Shown here piece after piece: positions 1 through 13,600 of a stretch of 64,000 bases of DNA (position 1 is its first letter; every line of letters begins with the position of its first letter). Where the stretch lies: the NCBI RefSeq assembly GCF_040938485.1, contig NW_027271164.1, positions 744,001 to 808,000 on the forward strand, in the 5' to 3' direction. The translations under genes and the position numbers were made by a program. This DNA comes from Diadema antillarum (taxonomy: Eukaryota). The notes under the pieces were generated by a model, which did no database searches, was not told the DNA's origin, and worked only from the letters and a program-made list of their open reading frames with translations.

Positions 1-73
1 TGTTCTACAATATACGCTAAATCATATGGCATTCACAAGGGAATGACTAAGGGTGAAAAATGCTGCCACAAAC

Positions 74-3000
74 CTGTCTGGGCTTGACTGGCAAGATCCA
101 CACGTATCCTCCTCGACTTCAGTTGCTGCAATACAAAGACACAAAATACAGACAATCATAAACATTCGTTTCAGCAATCACATGAGCCTATGCTAACCAC
201 AACCTGGGAGATGGGAAGAGGTCCTTCCTACCTCCCTGCCATAACAGATCTCAAATCCTTGTACACTGTACAATCACAGGATACTAGAGAAAATATCCTA
301 ATGGTTGCAGCCAGAAAGCAATTTAATTATGACAGGAGATGAAAAGTTTGGGGACAGAAAGACATTGCCACATTGTGCATTTAAGACTGCTTCTAGTTGG
401 TATTAACAACACTATGAGACTTTTTATTTTAACACTTTGTATGATACAAATTTATTTGCATATAAAAAAAACCCCAACATTTTAAAAACATGTTTGAACA
501 GTATCATGAACGTGGGCTACGCATGTTTGCTTCAGAAAGAAGCCTTTAAAAGTAAGGTCCTTCACCTTCGACCTATTGCAACACTGAGCAAATGCAGGGT
601 TCCCACAGAAATTTGAAAACAGAATTCCATGATATTTTCCATGACTTTTCCATGACTAAATTGCTGCTTTCCACGACTTCCTTTCTGGCATGGTTTCCAA
701 AATCAGACATGTTATGATGGCCTCCACCTCCCCTCACAGCCATCCGTTCCACCCACTACAGTGTATCTTACTCATGACATGTACATCCATTATAATTAGT
801 ATATGTCCCGGGAGTTATGTAGAATTTGGGATGTCACAAAACTGGGAAAAATGGAAATCATGAACACCAATTATAATAGCAGAGTATGATCACAGAGTAT
901 GAGAGTTGCGAGACACGACAAACTGGAAAGCTGCCATAGCTAAGAGGTAAATGCAATTCCATGACTTTTCCATGACTTTTCACAAATTTTCCAAATTCCC
1001 TGACTTTCCATGACCACAAATTTTCCAGGATTTTCCAGGATTTTTCATGACTGTGGGAACCCTGAAACGTGAACCGTGACTGAAACTACAGATGAATTGC
1101 AGAACAGGCTACAATATGTAAGAGGGACAAACTTACAGCATGGTTCAGGGAGAGCGCTTTGTAGAGAGACTCGATGTCATCGATCTCAGCGTAGCCAAAT
1201 CCTTTCATCCTCTGGTCTCCATCGCGAGGCAGTCTTACGTCACTCACCTGCAGGCAGGGTTCACACGAAAAGCAAAATTGAGAGGATACTGACACAAATC
1301 AGACAGAAAACATGAGCAAATCTTCTAAATTCTTACACAAGAAGATTTTCACCTATTGTGAAATGACCACAGGGCTTATCAGTATTGCAACATATTGGTA
1401 TCATATTCATCATATCTTAACTTCATTCATTGTGCAGAGAAGAGCAGCACATCAAGATTCTCCTATTTCAGGTCTGATGTGGATATCATGTTATGCCAAA
1501 TTCAAAAAAAAAAAAAAAAAAACCAAAAAATTATACAAGGAGCAGATTTTGAAGACAAAGAGAATGAAACACAACTTAGGAAGCAGGCTTGCATAGTACT
1601 GGTAGGAACCATAGTAAGTTCTTAGTTCACTGTGTTCACTAGTGATTTTGAGCATTACTTTTGAAATGAAGACTGACATACACTGTAAATCAGAAAGGAC
1701 AACAGGAGACATAAAGCAGCTCATTTCTGATCTGAAATAACAGTTCTGCAATATGGCCATGAGCTTACTGTACATTGCATTAGCCAGGAGGCATATTTGC
1801 ATCTGCGATTTGGAATTTAAGCATTGATCGATGATTAACAGGAGAAACTCTGCATCGGGCATAAAATGAAGCCAAAAGCTGATACCTGTGCTAGTGAGGG
1901 AGCTGTTAACACTGCAACCTCTGAAGCACAGAGATTATTTTTGTGTCTGCCTTAGTAAATTCAACACTGCTATACTGAGAAAATAGATTACGAAGTTAAG
2001 AATCCTCCCATCTACTTTGAAATTTCAGAAACTACATGTACATCCCTGAAGCACATTGGATTTACAAAATATTTTTTTGTTCAAAATTCCTCGTTTAGAG
2101 GACTTTTTCCACTCCCAATTCCTCATCCCCACAAATAACTGCAGCTAGGAAGGGAAGGCATGCACCCTTACGTTGCAATTGGACCCAGTAAGAAACTTCT
2201 TGATTTCTTCTGCAGAACAGTCAAACGGCAGGTTGCCCAGGTAAATGGTGTATGGAGGGTGCTCAGGCAGCTTGCTCCTGTCAATGTCGATGGCCTGGGC
2301 ACTCTTGGGGGCCGTGGGCAGCGCAATGGCCTCGGCACTGGAATCGGGCCAAGGACTGACATCTGAGGGCAAAGGAGATCCCAAGTATTGACATAGCATG
2401 AGTCAATGAAAGAGGTTACAAAAAGAAGGGTCGATGGTTGGATGGTATGGGACCTAGAGAAGAAAATGTCTTTAAAAAAATCTGCATGACAGTAATCCAA
2501 AGTGGAAATATCTTTAAAGAACTCCAAACAAGATAAATATAGGCACACAATAGCATATATTAGGAAGAGAGAATAACACAAACTGTCAGAAATTATTGAT
2601 ATTCCAATAGTTTCAAGCACTTCAATACAAATCTCTCATGTATACAAGTATACAATATATGTCACATTGTTTGAAACATCCTCCCCCTGTTGAAGGACAA
2701 GGATGGTCTTAGGTAAATGTATTTTGATACAACACTCTAAAAATGACATTCATGCCATATACCCAGCAAGAATATCATAATATTCTATGCAGGGCAGAAC
2801 AACATGCTACAGATGGCTTCATACTTACAGTCATCTCCCAAGTCTGGTGCTTCATCAGCCCAAGAGGACTTGGAGGAGTAAACCATTTTGGTGCCAGGAG
2901 CCGGAGAGTCATCGCCTTTGGACAGGAACTCGGTCAGGTTGACCTTGGTTCCCTTGATCTTTCCCTTCTTTTTCGCTACAGAAAACAACAGACCAGAAAG

Positions 3001-4346
3001 TCACATAGTGCTGCATTAAGTTTTTCATTTCAAACTAAGAAAAACAGACAAGAAAGGCATTCACAGATCCATAGAGATGACTAGAGGCTGGACTTTTACT
3101 TGTTTTTTTCTATTTTTAATATTTAATGTTATTTTTTTAGACTATTTTTCTAAAGTTTTAACATATGTCAATCTAGGGACTAAAATTAGACATAATCGTG
3201 GAGGGTGAGGTATCTCACCCAGCACGTATAGGCACATAACAGTAGTTACGCATCTCCAAAAGCAGCATCTATGGCTAATTAGTACCAGAAGCTTTCGTCT
3301 GTCCGGTCAGAGTCAAAATTATTTAAAATGTTATAAACTCCTCCGAACAGACAGATTTTTCTGTCTCTTGCTTTAATATTGCAATGGCAACTGCTACTGC
3401 TTCTCTCAATGTTGCAGAGACTTCAACCAACCTGATGCACCTCTTACAACAGTAAACTGGTGGAGATGCTTTGTTGATTGAATCCCTGCTAGCAAACTAG
3501 CCAGCGCCAGTAGCCACTCTGAAGTCTGATCACACAAAAATGACTATCATTTTTAGGTCAAGCAGCTAGATTAGTTACTTAAAAATATTTATGGCAGGAA
3601 ATCAGAAATTTTGCATGATCATTTCAGGTTATCTTATCTGAAGCGAGGAATCTCCTGCCAAGACTGTGTGGTATGGTAAGCAGCCCGCAGCAGGATGTCT
3701 GCTGTTGCATGTTGTTGAAAACATGAAATGCAAATGAATGTCATTTACTCACTGATTTAGGGGTCTATTATATCAAAAGCACAGTAATAATCACCTGAGG
3801 TCCATGTCCAGAGCAATACTTAAGATTACAGAAACTTTTGGCAAACAATATGAAGCTGTTTGAATTTTAGACATTTTCTATTGTTCACAAACATGGGGCA
3901 TATGGATAAAATGCCGATCAAGGGCGGGCGCGACGCGATGTGGGTGCGATTTTCACGTGAATGTACACGAGGGCACCACAATTACACGCTAGACAACTCC
4001 AACGTTAGCTCTCCGGAGGTTGCTTCGCTGTAGCTAGCTGTGCACACGGTGTGTGAGCGAGGGAAGGAAACACGGACCTCCCCACGTTTTTGCGCGAAAT
4101 GTTCCTCGCATATGCTCGCACAACAGCGCGCGAGATCGGCTTCCCATTCATTGCTAGCGTCGTAAATGAACTTGTTGAAATACTAATGAAGCATGTTACA
4201 ACAAAAACATTATCATGCTAACTGACTATCGTTCAAATTGGAGTATTTTAGTAAAACCTACGGCATTTTCCAATATCTGAGCATGTGAAATAGTTAGATT
4301 TGATCGATATGGGAGTTTTCGTGGTTAACTTACCAGATGACGCCAT
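74..4346 (-). CDS. EIF4B: Eukaryotic translation initiation factor 4B, 5' part (RRM); exons 4334-4346, 2829-2975, 2172-2362, 1137-1247, 74-125; continues beyond the left edge
   Basis: Hand-spliced GT-AG exons with consistent phases give MASSAKKKGKIKGTKVNLTEFLS...LPTAPKSAQAIDIDRSKLPEHPPYTIYLGNLPFDC...VRLPRDGDQRMKGFGYAEIDDIESLYKALSLNHAQLKSRRIRVDLA. This matches the eIF4B N-terminus with RNP2 (LGNLP) and RNP1 (KGFGYAE). Confidence 0.93.
595..1064. mobile_element. MITE with 14-bp TIR CAGGGTTCCCACAG and internal TTTTCCATGA(C) repeats, in eIF4B intron 4
   Basis: CAGGGTTCCCACAG at 595-608 and CTGTGGGAACCCTG at 1051-1064; repeated TTTTCCATGA units near both ends; no clear TSD. Confidence 0.75.
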
Positions 4347-4675
4347 GTTGCTTTAGTGGCTGCGTGTGCGAGCTGAACAAGTTTCAGCAAGAGATGCTTT
4401 TGCATTCCAAAGAGACCAGTATCACTCCTTACCAATGCATTTTCTAATTTTATAAAAATAAATAAAAAAATTTCACAATTATTTTAGCGTGAAAAATCCT
4501 TTGAATTTTAAGTCTCAAAACCAAAATTACTGGCATTACTTCCATTTAGATTTATGATTGACCCTAGAGGTCAACATTCGTTACCAGGCCTCTGCGTAAA
4601 CTGTGCTCCGGGGAGCTAATCGTTCTAATCATTCCATACACCATCGAATCTGATCTAGGCTTATTTTCAGACATA
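4347..4675. promoter_or_regulatory. Shared bidirectional promoter/5' UTR region between EIF4B and LZTFL1
   Basis: The two start codons face away from each other about 330 bp apart. CAACATGGCGTC (YY1-like/Kozak context) overlaps the eIF4B ATG; CpG-rich stretch at 3.9-4.2 kb. Confidence 0.6.
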
Positions 4676-7600
4676 ATGGTAGGTATCATGTTGCTATCGT
4701 TGTCTATTTTTTTTTGTATGCTAAAATAATGATACGTTTAGTTGTTATGATGTTGATTTTGTGTGACGTTTCACCCATGTGTTGACGACCCTCTTCTATG
4801 CCCTTCTTCTTCCCTGCTAAATAGTGCTAGTGCTAGCTGCTTGTGCTGCCGGTGGGTGCGTGGTTTGCCCTGCCCTACCTGCCGGATGCCCTCTCTAGGC
4901 TCTACATAGTCTCGGTAGAGTCGAACGTTAGAGTCTATACACAGCCCGTTCCTGTCGATGTACACCGACAGGGCTGTACCGACTGGAGGCATTGTAATCT
5001 ACTTCTACGAAGATACTCAGCAGGATCCATAAGTCGGGATGTAGTGCCAAGGAGTTGAACTTCGGTACTCATTTGCAGTTCATGCTTGTTGGTGCATTAA
5101 AAATGGTTCGAGTAAAAATCCAGTTCCTCAGTCTAGATGCTGAGTGGAAGAGCTCCCTTGAAGGCCTCCAATGAACAGATGAAGTGGCTTCAGGGGCGTT
5201 TTTAGGAAGCCCATTCCAAGCAGTTACACCTTACGGTGCGTGGAAAAAATGAGTTCCGATAGAGTTGGGTCCTGGTAGGAATTGCCAGCAACTTGTTTGG
5301 ATGGTACTGTCGTGTGTTGCTAACAATCATGGGTGATGTGTAGTGCTGTGCATTGATGGCTGCCATGTTGTGCTGAATTTTTTGTTCATGAGGAAGAGGC
5401 TTGTATAGGAATAACGCATTTCGCGGAGTTGTTTAGTGAGTATGCAGTGCACGAGAGGTTTCTTCTGAGCATGCGCACTCCACATGAGCCAGAGGTGAGT
5501 GTGGAGTGTGCATGCGAAGAAGAAACCTTGAGTGCACTGCATATCGCTGAACAACGACGGGAAAATGCGTTATTCCTTTTATAAGATGGCTAAGTTAAGT
5601 AATTTCAAATACGAGGTGAATATACCTTGTATGAGAAAGAAATAATGAAATAAATCAAATATCAAAGATTTTGAAATTGTACTTACCGTTGGAAAATGGT
5701 TCAGAGTAGGCTTTCTCCGAGATTATCCCAGCTTGTGCTGAATAATCGTGCATTAAACAATTTGGGTGTGCGAAAATCCCACAGGCGTGCAGGGATAGAC
5801 ACTTTTCGCGAATGATCACGTAGTACGCTTTGACCAATCAGCAAGCTGGAAATTACTTAGCCATCTTATAACGGCATTTCTTCTCTCCAGACTTTCCCAT
5901 ATAAGCTGTTCAAGATTCGCTTCACTTGGCTTTCCTTTGTCTCTGTTGCCCTTCACCTTTTTTGGCTGATTCTTCCTCCATCTTGTCACAATTTTTCCCT
6001 GACGTATCATAAGGTCCTGTTCCCCGTTTTCTCTCCTCTGCTTGAGTTCTTGTCTTAATTTCCAGCTTCCTCCCTTTGTTGTCTTGTCATATCAGGGGAT
6101 ATGTATGTGTCCTTCCATTTGTCTGTTTGTCGCAGCCTCCTAGATGCAGACAGTACTTCGCTTTTCATGTGTGGGCTCTCCAAATGGATCAGAAGGGCTC
6201 TGGGTTTTGACGTCTTACTCTGCCGTTTACTTCCAAGGCGAATGGCTTTAACTATTTGGATGTTGTGTACTTTAAGGCCATTTTTGGTGATGTCTAGGAC
6301 TGCTTTCTTGTCTTCCGCAACCCTGTCGTGCAGTTGTTCTTGTTGGGACTCAGGTATGTTGTAGAAAACAACATTATTCTTTCTCTTTTCTCTGTCCATG
6401 ATCTCCTCCATTGTAGTCATAGTCACAACATTCCTGACTTCATATTTCGAGTCCAAGTTACCTTCATCAGAATTGTCTCTATCAGTATCAGTTGTGCTGT
6501 TTGCTTTTCCCTTGGGCTTAGGTCTTTGTAGTACAGTAATTGCAGGGTTTGGTAATCCTCCTTTGACCTTAGCATCCACTTCAGCCTGATCTCTACACAC
6601 ATTAGCATAAGATTTTCTGAGCTTTTTAACTCCATCATTCACCATCTCTTTCATTGTTTCCTGTGCATTTTTCAGTATCTTCTCTACGGTTTCCTTCATT
6701 CACTTTCTACATTGTTACATAGGTTTTTTGTTACATTTTTGCTACTTATTCTGATTTTTGCTGCTTCAATTGCAATTGAATCTCTGCAGAACCAGTGGGC
6801 TCTGTTCTTATCGTCAGTGAAGAAATGATACATGTCTAGTGTCACATGGTGACAATCCAGGCACGACCACCTCTCGCATGCTTCACACTCAATCATATGG
6901 GTCATGCCCTCTTCGTTACAGTACTCACAGATAAATATGTCCTTTTTGCTTGATCCCTTCTTACCACGTGCACGACCTAAGTCCTTTCTTTTCTCCTGAT
7001 CGCGGCCATGGTTGCTTGAGTCGGCAAAGGTTACAGTTCGTTTTGCTTTAGAACTGGCTTGTTTCTTGGTTCCGGTACGTTTAGATGCATACGTACGTTC
7101 AGGCCCTTTATTAACATCCGGGTGATGGCTTGTTGTAGGCTCTTTCAATACAACTTCTGATGAGGTGTCATCATCAAATTCAGAATCATTTACATTCCCA
7201 TCCTGAATGCTAGGATTTTTATCTTTGCTGAAAGGTGATAACCTAGAAAGAGTTTTCTGAAGTGTATCCATTATTCAGGCTTCTCCACTATTCCTGATTC
7301 CTTTGGGTTGCATGACCTCTGTGTAACCTTGTCAGTCGCGTGCAACTTGCCTGTAAGCTATGAAGTACGCGTGCCTGGTTGAACGGCCGGGAGTACCCTG
7401 ACCTGGGCACTGGCCTGGCCTTGAACTTTGCTGTAGGCACCCCAAAAAATTGGCACCTAAAATTGAGCTTTTTGCCGGAAAGCACTCAGGATTCAGCTCT
7501 ACATAAGCCACACTACATAGACGATGATAATGACATTCAAGTAGATGGAGTATTTGGAGCAGTAGGCGGGTCTCCAAAGACCCAATGGCTCGGCCATAAT

Positions 7601-10600
7601 AATGGAGGACCCATGGAGGACTAGAGCTTACATGTGTCGAGCACAATCATCAGAACAAAGTCAAGGTATTAATATACTAATGCAGACTCTCTTATAAACA
7701 ATAATGGATGAACTGCAAGTACTTTGTGGAGAACACAACCCAGAAGTAATTATGATATGTAAAGTTATCCGAAATCGGGCACCCCTTAATGTATCGCATG
7801 AACTGATTAAAGTTGAAGGATATGATGTATTTACAAATACAGACAAGGAAAATAAGCACCGAGGCCTAGCGATTTACGTCAGTACAAAATCTCAAAGCTC
7901 AAGAAATTTTGTTTGACTTGAACTACACAGAAAACATTTGGTGTACTATCCAACTCACCAGGAAGTGACAAGCTTCTGGTGGGATGCATCTACAGGAGCC
8001 CATCCTAGCAAGATGGAAAACAACAAATTATTATGCGAATTCATGGAACTGGTTAGTGAGACAGGGCTGTGTATACAACTGTAGTTAAGGCTAGAGTCGA
8101 GTCTAGACCCTAAACGTTACAGCTGGCTAGCCACACAAACTAGCAACTGTGTAGTGATAGGCGTTTTTGTACCTACCCGTTTTGACTGTACTGCATTCTG
8201 CGTGCATGCAGAAGTCTGCAGATTCCATAATTCAATTCAATTTCTATTTCTAAATTTATTTCTGTTCATTGTCAGTGACATTCGCAATGACAATGAAATA
8301 ATATTAATAAATCGACTAACAAAGACAAAGTAGGTCTAGAGTATCTAGTATTTAAAAAGGCGCCTTCTTCACTAGGTTTTATGTATTGTTAATTATTTAG
8401 GGGGTCTAGTTTGGGTTATAGATCCTAGGTATTATCTATTCTAAATTTCAATAAAAACAAAACGAATCCGTAATATTATAGATTCTACCTGTACTTATGA
8501 GACTCTAAGTCGTAAGACTAGAAATTCTAAACCATAAAACACAGACTAGAGGTCTATAGAAGCTGAAAATGACCTCTAGACCTATTCATTACGCATGGGA
8601 CTTTGTGGATTAGCCTCACAGAGTGTTGACTGTTGTATGGACCAAAATCACAAAAATGTGACGTAAAAATGCTAAGAAATTCACATTTCACCTCAGATTT
8701 AGAAGAAGATGTTGATTTATCACAAGGTTTTATCGCGTGAACTGGTCAAAAACGTCAAGTTTGACATTTTACCATAAAATATGAAATTTGAGCCCCATTT
8801 GCCAGTTTTTTCTTTGTTGCCTGCTCGGTAAGAATGTATAAGGTTAGTTGTGGGTATGAATTGTGATTCTGGTGCAAGGACAATGTGCGAAAGACGTTGA
8901 TTAGGGCCTATTCCATTACGAAAATTGTGTCCAGAATTATAAAAAAAAATCGGAGTGAATAATTTTCATGATTTTGTAGAATTCGTAATTTTCAGGACTT
9001 TGTGAATAACTGGTGCTATTTTTGGCCGAAATTTTATCCTCTGAGTATGGAGTTCAGAGCCATGAAAAAAAAGCACCCGGTGATACGATCCACTCTCCTA
9101 CATGTGTGATATGTGCCACCTTTAAAGGTTGGGAAAGGTGGGTGAAGGGGAAAGAAAAAGTTAATGATGTAGAATGAAATGTAATTTTGTACGCTGTATA
9201 CTCCCAAATTTTGATGATACCGGTACCTAAATAATATAAATTACTGTATACACTGTATATGATATGTGAAATCTTGTTTGCTATTATATCACAGGCAGGT
9301 GAGCTGGGTCTGAATGAGCATCACCACACCACTGTGGTAAATTACATGAGGTTTGCCAACTACAAACGTATACAGAACCTGCGCAGTGTGGAGGCATGCT
9401 TTGAGGATGTAAAAGACAGCAGGTAAGACGCTTCAGTGATGTCCGCCTTCTATCCCTTCAACGGTAGCACTAAAATCACATTCATCTAGGAAAAGAGATG
9501 TAATTATCTTCTCCGTACAAATATTAAAAAAGATATATATGTTAAGATTACTGGTAGGTATTTTCTTCGATAGTGAAACAGTTATATGACACCGGAATGA
9601 TCATGGTGTAGAAAGCATGCAACATAACTAAGAGCCTTTTACACCTAGGATTTGTATTGATTCACTGAGTGTTATCCCAACATGTGTATCGTCAGATATT
9701 TCATGCATGCGTCAGCCAGCTCCACACTGTCATGTTAATTTAGAAGCTGGAGGCTACTCTGAAGTTGCACATACCTAAAAATGCCCCTCATCTTGTGCAC
9801 CCAGATTGGAGAGAGCTGCATGCTTTGAAGAATAGGGTTGACTGTGAATGTAGTTAATAGTTAAAAGAGTGCAGAATGTTGTACTTGTCTGCTGAATTCT
9901 TGTGAACATAAATGAATTCCAACGCATCCCAATGTAGACTAACAGATGAGACCTTCACCGTGGATGAAGTGACCGACCTACTGGACGGGCTGGAGGCAGT
10001 GGTCCGAGGGGAGGTCGAATCGGAGCTCATCAACACCTCCCACACCAATGTGCTCCTCCTGAGGCAACTCTTCCAACAGGCAGAGAAGTGGCATCTCAAG
10101 CTCCAGGCTGACATCTCAGAACTGGAGAACAGGTGCCCTGCCCCTACCATGCCCTTTTTGGGGTTTATCACCAGTAGATGTGTGACCTGAGAGAGTGCAT
10201 CTCATTGTTGGGTCTATGTTAACAAGTTTAGACAGTCAGAATGTCAACATCCAGTTATATATCGAGTGATAGCCACACATAGACGTAGGGATTAGAAATG
10301 AATGTCATGGTCATTATTAAACCGCTGGCTACTTGTGGGCAGTCTGAGTTCTTCGGACTAGAGGATGATGTACCCTTGTGCATCTCACTTCCAGACCAGG
10401 AGATGATGGTCTATGGCATGAATGGTATTAATTTCGATGTAGGAATCGAAATTGCAGCACTTCAGCAGCCACCATTTAGTCATGATGATAATATCTACCA
10501 TTGACAATGCAAATCGTCATCATTGTAGCAAAGTATCCAACTTACTAGATGTGATGATTTTACATTTGGCCCCTTAGATAGTGTGCAGTTAGCACTACTT

Positions 10601-13600
10601 GCAAAGCTATTGCAATGTATGATGACACTGCACACAATTAATTTGAAGAAAATAGTAGCAGTTTTCATGAAATACATGTACATGTATATAGTAAACTCCT
10701 CTATTCTCTAATTTTAGGGTCTCATTGTATCTATTTTTTAACCTCATTCTCTCCATTTTCTGCAGGGAGCTGATTGAAATGATTGCCAAGTTTGAAGAGA
10801 GGCAGTTCTCAGGATCTGCTGTAAGTTCATTTCAAATCTTTAAAGCAAATTATTTCACATCTAAATTCAGTATCATATGTATGACAGGATTGCATCTGCC
10901 AAGTTATCTTTGCTCTGGGCATTCATACATCAGGATTTGTTTCAATAAGATATAAAGGAACTTATCATGAGATGATTTTGAATGTCATCAGTTAGTTAGG
11001 GTTTTGCTGTCAATGCACTGCAAAGCTCAACAATTTTGTAAATTTAGCTTCTAATTTCTGTGACCTTCTTCCTTCTCCCATAGTTTGACAACACTTCATA
11101 TCAGATGAATCGTGAGTTGTCCAGCACAAAGCTCACTTAACTTAGTTTCTTGCTCTGTGCTGTTTTGTTTTAAAGAACACTAATATTATTTGTTCGGCAT
11201 TTCAAATGTTTCTGCATAGGAAGTCACCAAGCACTTTCAATTCAACAGAGGGAAGAAACAAAACAAAATGTACAGACTAAAACAAAGGAGAAGAAAAGAG
11301 TAGATTGTGACATGGTTAACAGGTCCGCCAGGGGCAAAAAAAAAGAGAAGAAGGTAAAACCGTATGTAATTACCATGACCTGTAGCTACCAGTATGTAAT
11401 GACAGTCACAAAGGGAACTGGAAGGAAACGGGGGGATGGAGAGGGCAAAATATTCAGAATTAAACAAACTATATATATGAACACTGCAATTTACTTTCAT
11501 GTGATATGCATTGTACTGTAATTATGTATGGTATGATACATTAGGAGTATTACTGTTGTGTAATTATTATTTGATTGATAGATGACTGTTGTCATTTGTT
11601 ATTCCTTTTCTGCATGATGTTATCATCTAGTATTTCTCAATGTCTTTTTGCCATCCTCAATCAGTCTTCCTCCAAGCCAACCTTTGAACTGAAACGCCTG
11701 GACCCCATGGAGGCAGGTGGAGTCCAGCTGCTACAGAATGAGATTGAACGGCTGAATGAGGAGAATAACAAACTCAAAGAGCGGCTCACACAAATTGAAT
11801 CAAAGGTAAATATCCAAGAAGTTTGTTAACAAATTCTGTCAGTAAACTGAAATTAGCATATTGTGTGCCAAATTCATAGTTGTTCAGCATTGCATGGGTG
11901 TGCCATTATATTATGTATGATTGAAGTAGGCCACACCCAGGTAAAAGTGATAAACCTGGGTGTTATGTAAAATGCATGATGATTATAAAGGCAAATTAAA
12001 GTCAGTTCCTTGTCTGTACACCCCTAGTACTCTGTAGGGCTTGCCAACTTTTACTTTGTATTAGCAGAAAATGAGGTTAGGCTGTCAAACTTTTACACTG
12101 CATCATAATCATTCCAAAAGATTGTAGCATCTTGTACATACCTAAGTCTTGTCAAAGAAGAGCACTGAGAGGGCATGTGTGTAAACAGCTAAATCTAAGC
12201 ATAGGGGTGTGTTAGGTCATCCATGCTCAAGAAGCTGGCATCAAGTTTGTCAAAGGTTGCCTTTTTGTGCGACATGAGTTACGTAATGTTCTGATTTATT
12301 CATTGGCACTATGATGTGTCAAATTTAAATTTTACAGAAACTTATGAAATACAATTTTTAATCTGTGCTCTAGTGTGCAAAAATGTCTGCAGCTTCAAGT
12401 GTATATGCTGATGCCGCTTGAATTTACAGACATTTTTGCTCCAGAGAGCTTTCTGGTTAGCTGCACCATCCCTGTATATATCATAATACAGGGTCTCATT
12501 TTATAACAGACATTGCCATGGTGATTCTTGCTGGATGTAATTTGCTGTGTGTAGATTGAATATATTTTGATATGAGAGTTAATGTTTAGGAAGAGAAGAT
12601 TGTGAGAAAATAGTACATTTTTTAATGAAACTGATTATTTTTGCTGTGTAAAATGTGTTGATTTGAGCTGTATAACAACATCAGTATCAATAAGTATAAG
12701 TGACCAGCATACATAATTAACATAAACTCAATCTATTTTTAATAATAATTGAGAATAGTGATATTAGATATTGTAATTGTAATATTTGTTTTTTGTTTTG
12801 TATTATAGGTTGATCTCATTGTGCAATGGTTAAGATGAATAAGATTGATTTTTGTTCTATGCATTTTTTTTTCATTGCTACGCTGTATCTTGTGTGTATT
12901 TTTAATGTATTCATGCTCCTTTGTTAACAATGTCTGTAATTCAGCCTCTGGGCTGCAATGGATATTGATGAATAAAACACCTTTACAATTCAATTTCAAT
13001 TCAATTCAAGTATAGCGACTTCTTGTAGCAGCAATCAATCTGGAAGCAGGATCCTTGTCATAACCATGACACTTGCCATTTGCGGGAAGAGCTGCTGCCA
13101 TAACAACTTTCTGTGAAATGGAGTCCAGATGTAATGCTGTGTTTACACCATGTTCCCGGCAGCCACAGCAGCCCCATTTGCCCAAAACGCAGTGTGTCGT
13201 CGGTAGATGAGACATTCTCCTGTTTTCCCGCTGCAGTATACTAGTCTCGATTGTTCCAGTCCTTGCTCCAGTGAATACATAGCTATCAGGTGCTGTTCTC
13301 ACAGAGGCTGGTCAGGCTAGATCATCAATATTTTCCATCGCGTCCCACTACGGACCCCCTCCAAGTTTTGTTATGGCCTACTACGTGGCGTCGTGTTTGG
13401 TTGTGTTTACCCCGTTTTATTAAGGCCTACAAGGTTCCTCATTAGCACTGGGACTGCCTTGGTAAATTTTTTGACAGTTTAAAAATCTGACACGGCATCC
13501 ACGGCAATCACGTCATGTCAAGTTAACCTATCCCATCTCACCCCATTGTCTCACATCCATCCCGGTACGTCCACGGTGGTCTGAAATGTGACTGCCATGG

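Noticed and set aside
1294-1418. Possible C/D snoRNA in an eIF4B intron (ATGATGA...CTGA...CTGA, minus strand)
   Set aside because: No terminal stem and no rRNA complementarity I could recognise; such boxes occur by chance in AT-rich DNA. A snoscan/Infernal run would settle it.
3378-3391. RFX X-box-like GTTGCCATTGCAAT upstream of ciliary LZTFL1
   Set aside because: Two mismatches and 1.3 kb away inside an eIF4B intron; cannot be distinguished from chance.
4771-5058. ORFs of 71-73 aa on both strands near the LZTFL1 start
   Set aside because: Fall in a probable LINE 3' UTR; no recognisable motifs.
13006-13528. 98-aa ORF / possible Harbinger-derived fragment in LZTFL1 intron 5
   Set aside because: No convincing transposase or Myb/SANT motif in any frame, and only one possible terminus.
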